64,000 nucleotides of DNA from Candidatus Neptunichlamydia sp. (GCA_965233865.1 OZ247587.1:1088001-1152000), one strand, 5' to 3'; shown: positions 9,102-20,077, numbered from the stretch's first letter. Notes: generated by a model not told the origin, from the sequence alone. A program made the numbers and translations.

Positions 9102-9877
9102 GTGATTAGACTAGGCTTAACAACCATGAGTTCTATGCATTCAGCATTTACAAGCGCAGGAACTTTTCATACCAACGCAAATAGATCTGGAATGGGGAAA
9201 AAGACATATGACCACAGAAGTTGCTCATAAGACCCTCGCGAGTTACTCAAACATATTCACTCAAGTGGGAGATGGAATTTTAATTCATGCACATCTTCCA
9301 TCTGGAAAACTCCAGAGAAAAGAATGACGTTTGTAAAATTGTACATGCAGGCGAATCATTTGATTGGAAATAATGGTGTATCCTTGTCCGAGCTTACAAG
9401 GCTATGTAATAAAAATGGCTACAGACCGATGAAAGAAGGGGGACAGAAAAGCAAGAAACTCAATGGCAGTGATCTTATCAAAAGCTTGTTGTCTAAATCA
9501 AACAAAGGCTTATTTACATTCAGCAAAGATGCAGAGAATAAAACTCAGGTCAGTCTAACTGACCGGGGAATAGAATCCTCTCAACAGATGGCTGACTCTT
9601 TAAATTCATTTATGCCCGAAGAACTAAAAGGAAGAGTAAAAAACATTCTCATTACCTTTAGAGAAGAAGTCTGGTTAAAAGACAATCTACTAATTTCTAT
9701 AAAGAATCTTGCTACAGTCCAATGTTTTCGGATCTAAAAAAATGCATTTCTTCGGACACAGCTCGACAACTCTTCGTTTTTAATAGAGACAGAGACACTG
9801 TTAAGCTCACCCCCGTAGGTTTAGAAGTGGCGCAAAACTTACAAAAAGACGTTGATCGCACACCTCCATTCCATTAG
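9102..9877 (+). pseudogene. Disrupted hypothetical gene with two internal winged-helix-like repeats
   Basis: AGGAGAG RBS then GTG 9102, in frame with ORF 9324-9737 across one TAA (9228-9230). A frameshift near 9700-9720 leads to a tail that repeats the earlier segment and ends at TAG 9877. Confidence 0.6.
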
Positions 9878-9923
9878 CAGCGAGAAATTAGCAGAATAGA
9901 ATTTTTAAGGTTTTTCTCATTTT

Positions 9924-10095
9924 TCATAGGTCATACTCCTTAAAAAATTCGTCTATTCCACATTGATATTTTCTTCGCTGAGACTTTGCCTGCGCCCACT
10001 TGTGCTCAATAGGATTTAAGTCGGGGAAATATGGAGGAAGATATTCCACCGTATGGCCTGCAGCTTTGATTCTCTCTTGCATAGATTTGCTTTTA
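9924..10095 (-). pseudogene. IS630-family transposase C-terminal fragment
   Basis: GHTVEYLPPYFPDLNPIEHKWAQAK, the IS630/Tc1 DDE_3 signature YLPPYSPDLNPIE..W. Confidence 0.85.
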
Positions 10096-10126
10096 GTGGG
10101 ACTGTTGAGAACTGACATAATTTACA

Positions 10127-10222
10127 GGGCTGACCAACAAGATTGCGATTACTCCGGTTAATATCACAAATGCTTCAGGCTTCAAACATGTATGCCCCTC
10201 TCAGGAAGCTAGCTATATAGAC
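10127..10222 (+). pseudogene. Internal fragment of a second, different IS5-family transposase
   Basis: Unlisted frame reads GLTNKIAITPVNITNASGFKHVCPSQEASYID, resembling the G-L-I-N-K-V-A-I-T-P-A-N...H-V-C-P...Y-A-D-K-G-Y segment I recall from IS5 transposases of intracellular bacteria. Confidence 0.6.
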
Positions 10223-10277
10223 CTTTAGTGAAATGGTATAAAGTGGGATAAATGCGTGGGCATTTATCCCAAAAGCT

Positions 10278-10550
10278 TTAACGGCTCATAATCCTGTTGT
10301 GGACACATCCAATAAGTCCACCTAGAATAGCACCAACAAAGAAACCCCAGATGCCGCCAACGATTCCGCCAACAAATGAAGCATCATATCCAGTGTAAAG
10401 TGAAGACATCACATCAACAAACTGATATCCCCATCCAGTCATTGCCATCCATCCAGTAAGAAGGATTGCAACACCCCAAACAACTCCAATTGAAAGTGCT
10501 AGACATTTGCAACAGAGCTTATGTTTTTGAGATTTAGGTACATTTTTCAT
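10278..10550 (-). CDS. Small Gly-rich 2-TM membrane protein (holin-like family)
   Basis: ALSIGVVWG...FVDVMSSLYTGY...GGIVGGIWGFFVGAILGGLIG pattern; AGGAG RBS. Confidence 0.6.
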   Translation of the reverse strand: MKNVPKSQKHKLCCKCLALSIGVVWGVAILLTGWMAMTGWGYQFVDVMSSLYTGYDASFVGGIVGGIWGFFVGAILGGLIGCVHNRIMSR

Positions 10551-10722
10551 CTTTTTCTCCTCGATAAGATCGGGTTAAATAACATACTAACCTATCAATT
10601 TTATACATGTTCAATTTTGAAATATATTTCAAATTATTTTTTTCTTTCTCGGATTCTGTTGATTTAAATTTAAATTTTATTCATGATTTGCACTCTGGAA
10701 ATTTGCGCTAAGGAGATTCATT

Positions 10723-11655
10723 ATGAGAGGGTTACTCACTAAACTGTTCGTGGTGACATTTGTTTTTCTAGGGGGTTTACGGGGAGAAGATCTCCAGTTA
10801 GAATTCTATCTTTCCACTTATCCTCAATCGGATAGGGACTTAGGCCTTGTTCAAAAATTCCTCCTTTTTTCTGCTGACAAAACGCTGGATTATCCTCACT
10901 GTTCTTTTGCGTATGAGCTTGATGGACACGCGATTATGAGAGGCTCAGAAGAAAGCATCCAACCCTATATTATTTCTTTTGGGAGTGCACTTGAAAAAAT
11001 TATGAGGGAAGGAATTCCGCAGGATCAGTTTGAAGAGTTAAAGAGCGGCTTTGTTTCTTTTTTGGGGGATGCTTTTGCTGAAAAAGAACTTGCACGCGAG
11101 ATAAAGTGGGAAATGGCACAAGATGTCGGTGGGTCCTTGAATCCTATGCAGCATATGATGCTCTTTATGATTCCTGATCAAAGTAGTTCTTTTCATTCCG
11201 AGGTTGCAGTACTTTCTCAAAGCCATAGCCCAAAAATATATTACCAGCTCAGGCTGACGGCAGAAGATCAGAGCAATATCTCTAAAATGATTAAGAACTT
11301 AGGAGAGTTGGGTTGGTTACGGCTTTTGAAAAAGAAGGGTGCTATGGAAAAACTGGGGGATAACATCACCCCCGTTCACCCTTTAAGGTTTTTGGGGTAC
11401 GTTGTATCGAACCCCTCTTTAAAAAAGCAACTTCCTAAGATTATGGGGGATTTTGTCAAAAAGAATAGCTTCTTAAACGGGCATGGAAAAAGAATTGGTT
11501 TTGTTCAGCGCATGACTAATGAGGTTAACCATAATAACATGATGCAGTACATCCCAGGCTTTGCTCAACAGATAGGGAAATCGGAAGCGTCGCTCCAGAA
11601 ATACGTTAGTGCTCACGATTGGGAAGGTCTAATACGGAATTTAATGGGAGGCTAG
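10723..11655 (+). CDS. Hypothetical exported protein (chlamydia-type C-terminal VHPLRFLG domain)
   Basis: AAGGAG RBS, signal peptide, 310-aa ORF. Confidence 0.7.
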   Translation: MRGLLTKLFVVTFVFLGGLRGEDLQLEFYLSTYPQSDRDLGLVQKFLLFSADKTLDYPHCSFAYELDGHAIMRGSEESIQPYIISFGSALEKIMREGIPQDQFEELKSGFVSFLGDAFAEKELAREIKWEMAQDVGGSLNPMQHMMLFMIPDQSSSFHSEVAVLSQSHSPKIYYQLRLTAEDQSNISKMIKNLGELGWLRLLKKKGAMEKLGDNITPVHPLRFLGYVVSNPSLKKQLPKIMGDFVKKNSFLNGHGKRIGFVQRMTNEVNHNNMMQYIPGFAQQIGKSEASLQKYVSAHDWEGLIRNLMGG

Positions 11656-11664
11656 GGAGACACT

Positions 11665-12990
11665 CTAATTCAGGCTTGTTTTGGAGCGTGCTGGAAGAAA
11701 ATAGGGATGACACCTATCAATAAAGGTCTCGGGAGTAATGAAACGGGCCCCTTTCTTGTGTTGCAAGTAGGAAGCGTTACCCATTTCCCAAATAGGCATT
11801 CCTTTCCCAAGATTATTAGAATCCACAGTGCTATGACGTACCTCAGAATGAATCCAGATCTGACCCTGAGCAACTGACATTAGCTCCATTGCCGTGAGCC
11901 CACCCGAACGGGTAAAAGTAGCATCGCTCCGATAGTAAAGGGCGGAAATCACATCATCATTTTGAAAACACATGGGAATCACGGTCAGATTATGGGGAAA
12001 GGTATTTGTTTTTTGAATGAGATGATGAACTTTTTTTAGTAAGCTATTTTTATGCTGTGTGTGGGAATTGCAAAAGACGAATAGAAGGTGGTTTTCATCT
12101 GCAGCAATGCGCTTCATGAGTTCAATGTAATTTTTTAGATATTTTAGAGTAGCTTCTTCTGTCGGTTGACTTCCTAGAAGGATGGTGGAGACTTTATCGT
12201 CTGTCTCGATGTTAATTGCTATTTTATCGCGATAGATTTCAGCAGTGATGAATCCCCTTTTAATGGAATCAGAAACCAGAAACTTTTCTTCATTGGAATT
12301 GACATGAATTAGGATTTTCATCCGCTCGTTGCGATTTCTTATTGTATTTAGATACTGTTTAAATGAGGGACGTAAAGGAAAGCTTTCATAACAAACCTCG
12401 GTTTCAGAAAGACCACAGTTTTTTTCCCAAAAGCCTTCAGCGGTTTGGTTCTCTTTTAATAGGGGAAGAGTGGTGATCAGCTTAATTAAGGAACGATCCG
12501 TTGATGAGAGAAGTTTAATGGGTCTGAAAAAATGAATCACATTATCTGTTGGAAGTTCTGTGACAATTTTCTCTAGCTTTAGAGGTTTGCCTGTTATTTT
12601 TCTTGCTAGTTTTATTGCTTTTATGATTGCAAAGGTTCCAACTGGTTGAGTATCAACAATTTGATCAATGCCTTCCTTTAGCAAAACATATAGAGTACGG
12701 AGAAAAATAAATGTGCCAAAAACAATATCTGCTGTGGGAACATTTTTCTGTAAAAACATCAGAAATTTGACATTCCCCCGTTTCTGAGAAGAGTTCCAAA
12801 GATAAACAAACCCTTTCCCAAGGCGTTTACTGGCCATGTCTATAAGAATGTCTTTTTGAATAATTTCAGTATTGGGGTTTTCTGAAAGTGCCTTTACAGC
12901 TTGTGATTTTGCAGCTTGAATATGTCCTCCTCCTCCGGAAGAGGTGATGAGGAGGAGCTTGTTGCGTTTCATTTCTAAAGGGGGGGCCAT
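11665..12990 (-). CDS. GT-B fold, MGDG-synthase/UgtP (GT28)-like glycosyltransferase
   Basis: N-terminal SSGGGGHIQAA and C-terminal TRSGGLTAMEL motifs typical of the GT28/UgtP family. Confidence 0.6.
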   Translation of the reverse strand: MAPPLEMKRNKLLLITSSGGGGHIQAAKSQAVKALSENPNTEIIQKDILIDMASKRLGKGFVYLWNSSQKRGNVKFLMFLQKNVPTADIVFGTFIFLRTLYVLLKEGIDQIVDTQPVGTFAIIKAIKLARKITGKPLKLEKIVTELPTDNVIHFFRPIKLLSSTDRSLIKLITTLPLLKENQTAEGFWEKNCGLSETEVCYESFPLRPSFKQYLNTIRNRNERMKILIHVNSNEEKFLVSDSIKRGFITAEIYRDKIAINIETDDKVSTILLGSQPTEEATLKYLKNYIELMKRIAADENHLLFVFCNSHTQHKNSLLKKVHHLIQKTNTFPHNLTVIPMCFQNDDVISALYYRSDATFTRSGGLTAMELMSVAQGQIWIHSEVRHSTVDSNNLGKGMPIWEMGNASYLQHKKGARFITPETFIDRCHPYFLPARSKTSLN

Positions 12991-13049
12991 GCATTTTCCT
13001 ACTTAATCGGCATCCTAGAAAACCTTTTAAAAAAAAGGAACCATTATCT

Positions 13050-13097
13050 TAGATAGTGTTGTTAAATAATCTTCGTTGCTACTAACATCACTATCTA
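13050..13097. repeat. 48-bp inverted repeat resembling IS5 termini
   Basis: TAGATAGTGTTGTTA-18 nt-TAACATCACTATCTA (14/15). The arm begins with the same TAGATAGTGT as the IS5 right end at ~9005-9014. Confidence 0.6.
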
Positions 13098-13282
13098 TAG
13101 ATAAACATATATAAAATGATCACTATTTTCATTTCCAAAAAAACTTCTCGATATCGACTTGAGTTTTTTGCCTTTCGGCCTTTTTTGCAGTCAACTTATA
13201 CTCAATAGGGTTTAGGTCTGGTAAATATGGAGATAAGTAAATGAGAGTATGGCCTGCTTTTTTAATATGATTTTTCATTTAT

Positions 13283-14524
13283 TTAGAGAGATAATTTCTT
13301 GAGGACTTCCTTGGGAGAATCGAGGTTTTCGTTAATCGCAATACGCTCGGCTTGCTTAAGGAGAGTCCCCATTTTGGGACCTGGAATGATGCCGGCTTTT
13401 TTGAGATCGGCCGAGGAAAGAACGGGAGTTTTTTTTTGGATTCTATGGATGGCTTTCCCAAGTAGATCATAGCGTATGTGATGCTCTTGAATGAAAGTTT
13501 GACGCGTATCTAAGGGGAAATGGATGGCGGCAATCTTTAGGCAGATGGGATAGCGAGGATTTGCGTAGAAGTGAGCCCATTCGTAGAGCTCCCTATCTTG
13601 TTTAGAGAGAAATATCTCGATGGCATGATGATAAGTTTCAACGAAGCGGACCTCTTGGTTTGAGAGTTTTAAATAGGAGCAAATGACTTTTTTATCTTCA
13701 AGCGATGCGTTTGGAAAAAGTTCTAAAATGCGGGAAATAGTGGGGGCATCTTCTGGAAAATGGGGAAGTTTTGAGACCCGTTTTTCAATCTCTTCAGTGG
13801 AGACTTCTTTGAGAGCAGGGAAAATAACGGGAAGGAGATTGAGCCTTTGAAGGGTCATCAGGGCCATGCCGAAGTTGGGGAAGAGGGCCATCTTTGAAAA
13901 TTCATTCCATACGCGCTCGATGGCTACTGCTGGGAAAAGATTTTCGGCATGGTCAAGGATTGCTTTAAGGGTTTCATTTTCGATGAGGAAGTGGAAACGG
14001 CTTGCATAGCGGACGGCGCGGATCATTCGGAGGCGGTCTTCTAAAAGCCGTTCGTGAGGATTTCCAATAGCGCGGATGATTCCTTTCTTAAGATCTTCTT
14101 TCCCTCCAATATAGTCGTAGAGGTTTTCTTTAATGGGGTCGTAGAACATTCCGTTAATGGTAAAGTCGCGGCGTTCAGCATCTTCTTCAGGTTCGGCTTT
14201 TTCGACACCAATGGGGCGTCTTCCATCCTTATACCCTTGATCTTTCCGAAATGTGGCAACTTCAAATTGATGCCCTCCTTCAACGACAATTACGATTCCA
14301 AAGTTCACGCCGACAGGAATGGTTTTTGGGAAGATTTTTTGCACATCTTCAACAGAGGCATCGGTGGCAATGTCAATATCATCGGAAGGGTGATCCATCA
14401 AAAAATCACGGACCCACCCTCCAGCAAAATAGGCGGTAAACCCCTCTTCATAGAGCTTTTTAATAATAGATACACCAATGTTTAAATGGGTCACTTTTTT
14501 CCTTTTCAGAATTCTTGCACTCAA
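13283..14524 (-). CDS. cca: CCA tRNA nucleotidyltransferase
   Basis: GGWVRD, DIDIATD, EVATFR, RRDFTIN, EDRLRMIRAVR. Confidence 0.9.
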   Translation of the reverse strand: MSARILKRKKVTHLNIGVSIIKKLYEEGFTAYFAGGWVRDFLMDHPSDDIDIATDASVEDVQKIFPKTIPVGVNFGIVIVVEGGHQFEVATFRKDQGYKDGRRPIGVEKAEPEEDAERRDFTINGMFYDPIKENLYDYIGGKEDLKKGIIRAIGNPHERLLEDRLRMIRAVRYASRFHFLIENETLKAILDHAENLFPAVAIERVWNEFSKMALFPNFGMALMTLQRLNLLPVIFPALKEVSTEEIEKRVSKLPHFPEDAPTISRILELFPNASLEDKKVICSYLKLSNQEVRFVETYHHAIEIFLSKQDRELYEWAHFYANPRYPICLKIAAIHFPLDTRQTFIQEHHIRYDLLGKAIHRIQKKTPVLSSADLKKAGIIPGPKMGTLLKQAERIAINENLDSPKEVLKKLSL

Positions 14525-14566
14525 GTTACAAGGGTAATATATCGTGCTTTTTTTTGGGAGAAGTCA

Positions 14567-15013
14567 ATGAAGTGGATCTTATTTTTTGTGATTCCCCTCC
14601 TTGTAGTGGGTTGTAGAGGGAAGGTGGTGGAAGACGTTAAGGAAGGAAAACGCTACCTTCAACATGTAAAATTAGTTGGCGCTGATCTTAGTGGCATGGA
14701 CTTAAAAAATGCAGATTTTTCCAACTCTAACTTAAAAAATTGCAACTTAGAAAAAACAAGCCTTAAAGGATCAAAGCTTGCGAGGGTCAATTTTCAAGGA
14801 GCATACCTTGAGTATACCAACTTAGAAGACACAGACTGTCGTGGAGCAGATTTTTTGCATGCCCATTTGGAACAGGCGAAGTTTAAAGATGCTGATTTGA
14901 CACATGCTCGTTTTCATGGTGCGGCGGTTAAGAAAACTGATTTTAGAGAGAGCAGAGGTTTGACGAAAGAAATGAAGCAGCATTTGGAGAGCAAGGGGGC
15001 TCTTGTCGATTAA
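14567..15013 (+). CDS. Pentapeptide-repeat lipoprotein
   Basis: MKWILFFVIPLLVVG-C lipobox; A(D/N)LxxA-type pentapeptide repeats. Confidence 0.85.
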   Translation: MKWILFFVIPLLVVGCRGKVVEDVKEGKRYLQHVKLVGADLSGMDLKNADFSNSNLKNCNLEKTSLKGSKLARVNFQGAYLEYTNLEDTDCRGADFLHAHLEQAKFKDADLTHARFHGAAVKKTDFRESRGLTKEMKQHLESKGALVD

Positions 15014-15125
15014 TAGGCCTCATAGGTGTAGATATTGGGGAAACAAAAGCTTCAGAAACGGAAAAATTAGAACTGTAGAGGTAAATAAAAAACTGTTCTG
15101 CTGGCGTGCGAGTGGACTACACATT

Positions 15126-16886
15126 TTAGAGAATTTTGAGGATGATGATTGTGAGATCGTCATGCTGAGGAGAATCTTCTGCAAAGAGCGCAATTTCTTC
15201 GATTATGTCATCAACAATTTGTTTTGGAGAAAGATCTTTTTTCTCTTGGAAGGAGCTAAGTAAGCGCTTTTCCCCAAACATTTCCATAGAATTACTATGC
15301 GCTTCAACAACACCGTCTGTATAAAGCATCAATGTATCACCTGACTGGAGTTGCACTTGGTTTGTTGCAACAGTTTCAAAGGGAACCACGCCAAGTGCCA
15401 TCCCTTTTGTGGAAAGCATTGCAACGCTGCCATCAGCTCTTTGAAGAAGGGCGGGGAAATGGCCACAGTTGGAATAGTGAAACAGTTTGGTTTTGGGATC
15501 AAAAAAAGCGATAAAAGCTGTGACGAAAACGCCAGTGTTTCCCGTGTCTAGACAAAAGAGGTTGTTTGTTTCACGAATGATCACATCAAGATCTTCATAA
15601 ATTTCTCCATAGCTACGGAGCATGCTACGCACACTCAGAGAATAGAGACAAGCAGAAATCCCTTTTCCTGAAGTATCGGCAATCGATAACATGAGTCGCC
15701 CCTTAGTAAGGAAATCATAGAAATCTCCTCCCACTTCTTTGGCGGCAATAAAACGCGCAGCCATATCTACGCCTGGAAACTCTGGAAGCTCTTTGGGAAG
15801 AATAGCGGCTTGCACTTCTTTACCGATAAAAAGCTCTTGTTCATAGGTTTCTTTTTCGAACCTCTCTTTATGAGCAACTTCTATATGCTCATCAAGAGAG
15901 CTAACGGTTTCATTAAATATTTCTCCAAGATCATTGATCTCAAACCCCATTGAAACAGGAGTGTAACGTTTTTTTAAATCTCCACGTGCCACATAACTCA
16001 TGATTTGAATGAGTTTGCGAAGAGGCCTCCCAAGTTTTTTCGTCAAAAGAATGGCTCCTCCTCCTCCAAAAAGAATAATGAGGCCAAGAACGACGAGTAT
16101 CTTCATAAAAAAATAGGGAATATCCACGAAATTAACGTGCTCAGGTGCCGAAATAAGGAGGGAAAAGTTCGTTTTCGGAACATACTTTTTTTTCGAAATA
16201 AATGTTTTGGCATTTAGGGAATATTCCCCCTCAACGGGGCACGCAAACTGATGCCCTTTAAGGTTCTCATTCGTCGATGCAATGACCCTCCCTTTCTTAT
16301 CGATTAAGGAGGTTGAAGCAGGCGAAATACTATTCTTTTCAATAGGAAAGTTCTTTGATAGATGAGCTAAATGAAACACTGTGATCCATGCTTCATCGCG
16401 CTCAGGAACGTAACGGGTGATATAAAAGATTGGAAAAGAGGGCTCAACAACAAAAACAACCCCCTTTTTAGCTTCATCAATCAGGCCTGTAAAGTCCTTC
16501 CCTGTAATCCCTTCTTTAGACGCCATATTCGAAAAATATTGCCCATTTGCCGCTTTTTTCACATAGAATAGAGCAGAAACGCCATCTCTTCTCGCAAGTG
16601 CATCAAGTTCACTTTCAGGATCGGGGATTTTCTGGAGAAGGTATGAAACTTCTGCTAACACCTCCATTTCGCGCAAAATAATGCCTTCGATAAGGCCTAC
16701 CTTTTGATCCATGATCATCTTGAGCGTAAAGTTGTTGTTATCTTTTTTAACGCGGAGGTCATCAATGTAAAGTAAACCAACTAATATGAGAAGCGGGATA
16801 ATTAGAAAGATGCTGGCAATCAGGAAGATGCGTGAAGCAAGGGACCCTCCCATCCCACGAAGCTTTTCCTTTTTCTCCCGATCCAT
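15126..16886 (-). CDS. rsbU: Membrane-bound PP2C/SpoIIE phosphatase with extracytoplasmic sensor and HAMP domain
   Basis: Two TMs, HAMP (GFEINDLGEIFN), EVGGDFYD, ADTSGKG, YTDGVVE, HDDLT. Confidence 0.85.
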   Translation of the reverse strand: MDREKKEKLRGMGGSLASRIFLIASIFLIIPLLILVGLLYIDDLRVKKDNNNFTLKMIMDQKVGLIEGIILREMEVLAEVSYLLQKIPDPESELDALARRDGVSALFYVKKAANGQYFSNMASKEGITGKDFTGLIDEAKKGVVFVVEPSFPIFYITRYVPERDEAWITVFHLAHLSKNFPIEKNSISPASTSLIDKKGRVIASTNENLKGHQFACPVEGEYSLNAKTFISKKKYVPKTNFSLLISAPEHVNFVDIPYFFMKILVVLGLIILFGGGGAILLTKKLGRPLRKLIQIMSYVARGDLKKRYTPVSMGFEINDLGEIFNETVSSLDEHIEVAHKERFEKETYEQELFIGKEVQAAILPKELPEFPGVDMAARFIAAKEVGGDFYDFLTKGRLMLSIADTSGKGISACLYSLSVRSMLRSYGEIYEDLDVIIRETNNLFCLDTGNTGVFVTAFIAFFDPKTKLFHYSNCGHFPALLQRADGSVAMLSTKGMALGVVPFETVATNQVQLQSGDTLMLYTDGVVEAHSNSMEMFGEKRLLSSFQEKKDLSPKQIVDDIIEEIALFAEDSPQHDDLTIIILKIL

Positions 16887-16916
16887 GCTATACTTCCCCT
16901 AAAAGCGGTTAGTCTT

Positions 16917-17672
16917 ATGGTAACAAAAGAAATTAAGAGTTTACAACACCCCATTATCAAGCATCTCGTTAAACTCCGAAAGGAGAAGAAGTACCGAGAA
17001 GAAAAAAGGTCTCTCCTTGTTGAAGGAAAGAAAATGGTTTGTGAATATCGGGGGGAAATGGACCTACTCCTCACTACTAGAGGAGCTAGCATTCCTAATC
17101 ATCTTTCTCCAAAGATGCGCTTTGTTGTTCCTCCTGAAATCATTGAAAAAATTGCCGGGACATCTTCTCCTGAGCCATTCCTTGCTGAGGTTCCTCTTCC
17201 CTCCCCGTCAAGCCTCGATGGGAAAACATATCTCCTTGCCTTGGACAGAATTAGTGATCCCGGAAACCTTGGAACCCTCGTGCGCACTGCCTTAGCCTTT
17301 GGATTCGACGGGATTTTCCTCATTGGTTGCACCGACCCATTTTCTCCAAAAGCTCTGAGAGCTGCAAAAGGGGCAACATTTCATCTTCCCATTCGGCATG
17401 GCAATGAAGACGACCTCTTGCAGTTGATTGAACGTAACCGTCTTACCCCTTATGTTGCCGATACAAGCGGAGAAGCCGTTGCAATGCCAGCTCCTCTAGT
17501 CCTCATTCTTGGAAGTGAATCCCATGGCCCCTGTGAAACACTCAAAAACAGTGGCAAGGCTGTCGGAATTTCAATAGATTCTCAAACTGAATCCTTGAAT
17601 GTTGCAGTTGCTGGTGGCATCCTAATGAACAAAATTCGAGAAGCACAGTGCCTAAATTTGACGATTACCTAG
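16917..17672 (+). CDS. TrmH/SpoU family RNA 2'-O-methyltransferase
   Basis: DPGNLGTLVRTA, LGSESHG, ESLNVAVAGGI. Confidence 0.92.
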   Translation: MVTKEIKSLQHPIIKHLVKLRKEKKYREEKRSLLVEGKKMVCEYRGEMDLLLTTRGASIPNHLSPKMRFVVPPEIIEKIAGTSSPEPFLAEVPLPSPSSLDGKTYLLALDRISDPGNLGTLVRTALAFGFDGIFLIGCTDPFSPKALRAAKGATFHLPIRHGNEDDLLQLIERNRLTPYVADTSGEAVAMPAPLVLILGSESHGPCETLKNSGKAVGISIDSQTESLNVAVAGGILMNKIREAQCLNLTIT

Positions 17673-18778
17673 ATTACGAAGAAGATTTCTACGGCAATGG
17701 AAAACGGGAAGACAGAAAAGAGAGGCGCGAGACTCAAGCGAAGGATCGGTCGAAATATAAAAAAAGTGACCGCGATCAAAAAAGACAACAACTAAGAAAA
17801 GAAGAGCCTCCTCTTGGCTCAAATGATCTGCGTGGAAGAGTCCTTACGATTTCTCCTGATACAATCACAGTTTCCGCTGAGAACCAAACTTATTTCTGCT
17901 CGCTCAAAGGGTCTCTAAAAAAAACAAAGACAAAACAAAAAAACCTGTTTGCCGTTGGTGACTGGGTCCATTTTGAAAAAAAAAGCGCTGACTCAGGAGC
18001 CATTCATCATATTGAAAAACGGACCTCGACACTCGTACGCGCTGAAAATCTATCGCGTAGAAAAACACAATTGATTGCAGCAAACATCGATCAGGTTTTT
18101 ATTATCATGTCTCTTGTATCTCCAAAGTTTAAACCTCTTCTTGTGGATCGATACATCCTTTCAGCAAAAAGCGGGAACATCCAACCTATTGTGATCATCA
18201 ATAAAACCGATCTGTTAATAGATCCTCCTGAAAATATTTTAGAAGAAGATATCGATGCTGAAAAAGTCCTACTCGAAGAGTTTTTAGAAGCGTATCTCCC
18301 CTTAGCACTCCCTGTTGTCACACTGAGTGTTTCTACTGGAGAAGGACTTAAGGAACTCAAAAAGCTTATGGAAAACAAAACTTCCGTATTTTCTGGACAA
18401 TCGGGAGTAGGAAAATCCTCTTTGATTAATGCTGTTTTAGGAAGTGTCCTTCCGATTGGCCCCATCGCCCTCAAAACAAACAAGGGATCTCATACAACCA
18501 CAGCAGCTGAGCTGATTCCCCTTGAGAACGAAGCCTTTTGCATCGACACTCCCGGAATTAAAAGTTTCGGTCTTTGGGAGAGTGACCCTGTGGCAATTCT
18601 TGAAATTTTTTCAGATTTTGTTCCCTTCGCAAAAAACTGCAGATTTCCCAACTGCACACATATTCATGAGCCCAACTGCGGCATTAAAAAAGCCCTCAAA
18701 GAGGAAAACCTTCCCCCTTTGCGTTACGCGTCGTATGCTGCGTTACTTGAAGATACCCCTCCAAAAGAGTGGGAATAA
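17648..18778 (+). CDS. rsgA: Ribosome small subunit-dependent GTPase A
   Basis: NKTD, GQSGVGKSS, HTTT, DTPG and CRFPNCTHIHEPNC zinc finger. Confidence 0.95.
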   Translation: MPKFDDYLDYEEDFYGNGKREDRKERRETQAKDRSKYKKSDRDQKRQQLRKEEPPLGSNDLRGRVLTISPDTITVSAENQTYFCSLKGSLKKTKTKQKNLFAVGDWVHFEKKSADSGAIHHIEKRTSTLVRAENLSRRKTQLIAANIDQVFIIMSLVSPKFKPLLVDRYILSAKSGNIQPIVIINKTDLLIDPPENILEEDIDAEKVLLEEFLEAYLPLALPVVTLSVSTGEGLKELKKLMENKTSVFSGQSGVGKSSLINAVLGSVLPIGPIALKTNKGSHTTTAAELIPLENEAFCIDTPGIKSFGLWESDPVAILEIFSDFVPFAKNCRFPNCTHIHEPNCGIKKALKEENLPPLRYASYAALLEDTPPKEWE

Positions 18779-18793
18779 AAAAAATCTTTTGTG

Positions 18794-18817
18794 TAGTGGT
18801 TTAAACTTAAACCACTA
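18794..18817. promoter_or_regulatory. Perfect 11-bp inverted repeat just upstream of eno (operator or hairpin)
   Basis: TAGTGGTTTAA-AC-TTAAACCACTA, 12 nt before the eno ATG. Confidence 0.5.
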
Positions 18818-18820
18818 TAA

Positions 18821-20077
<1,257 letters not shown>

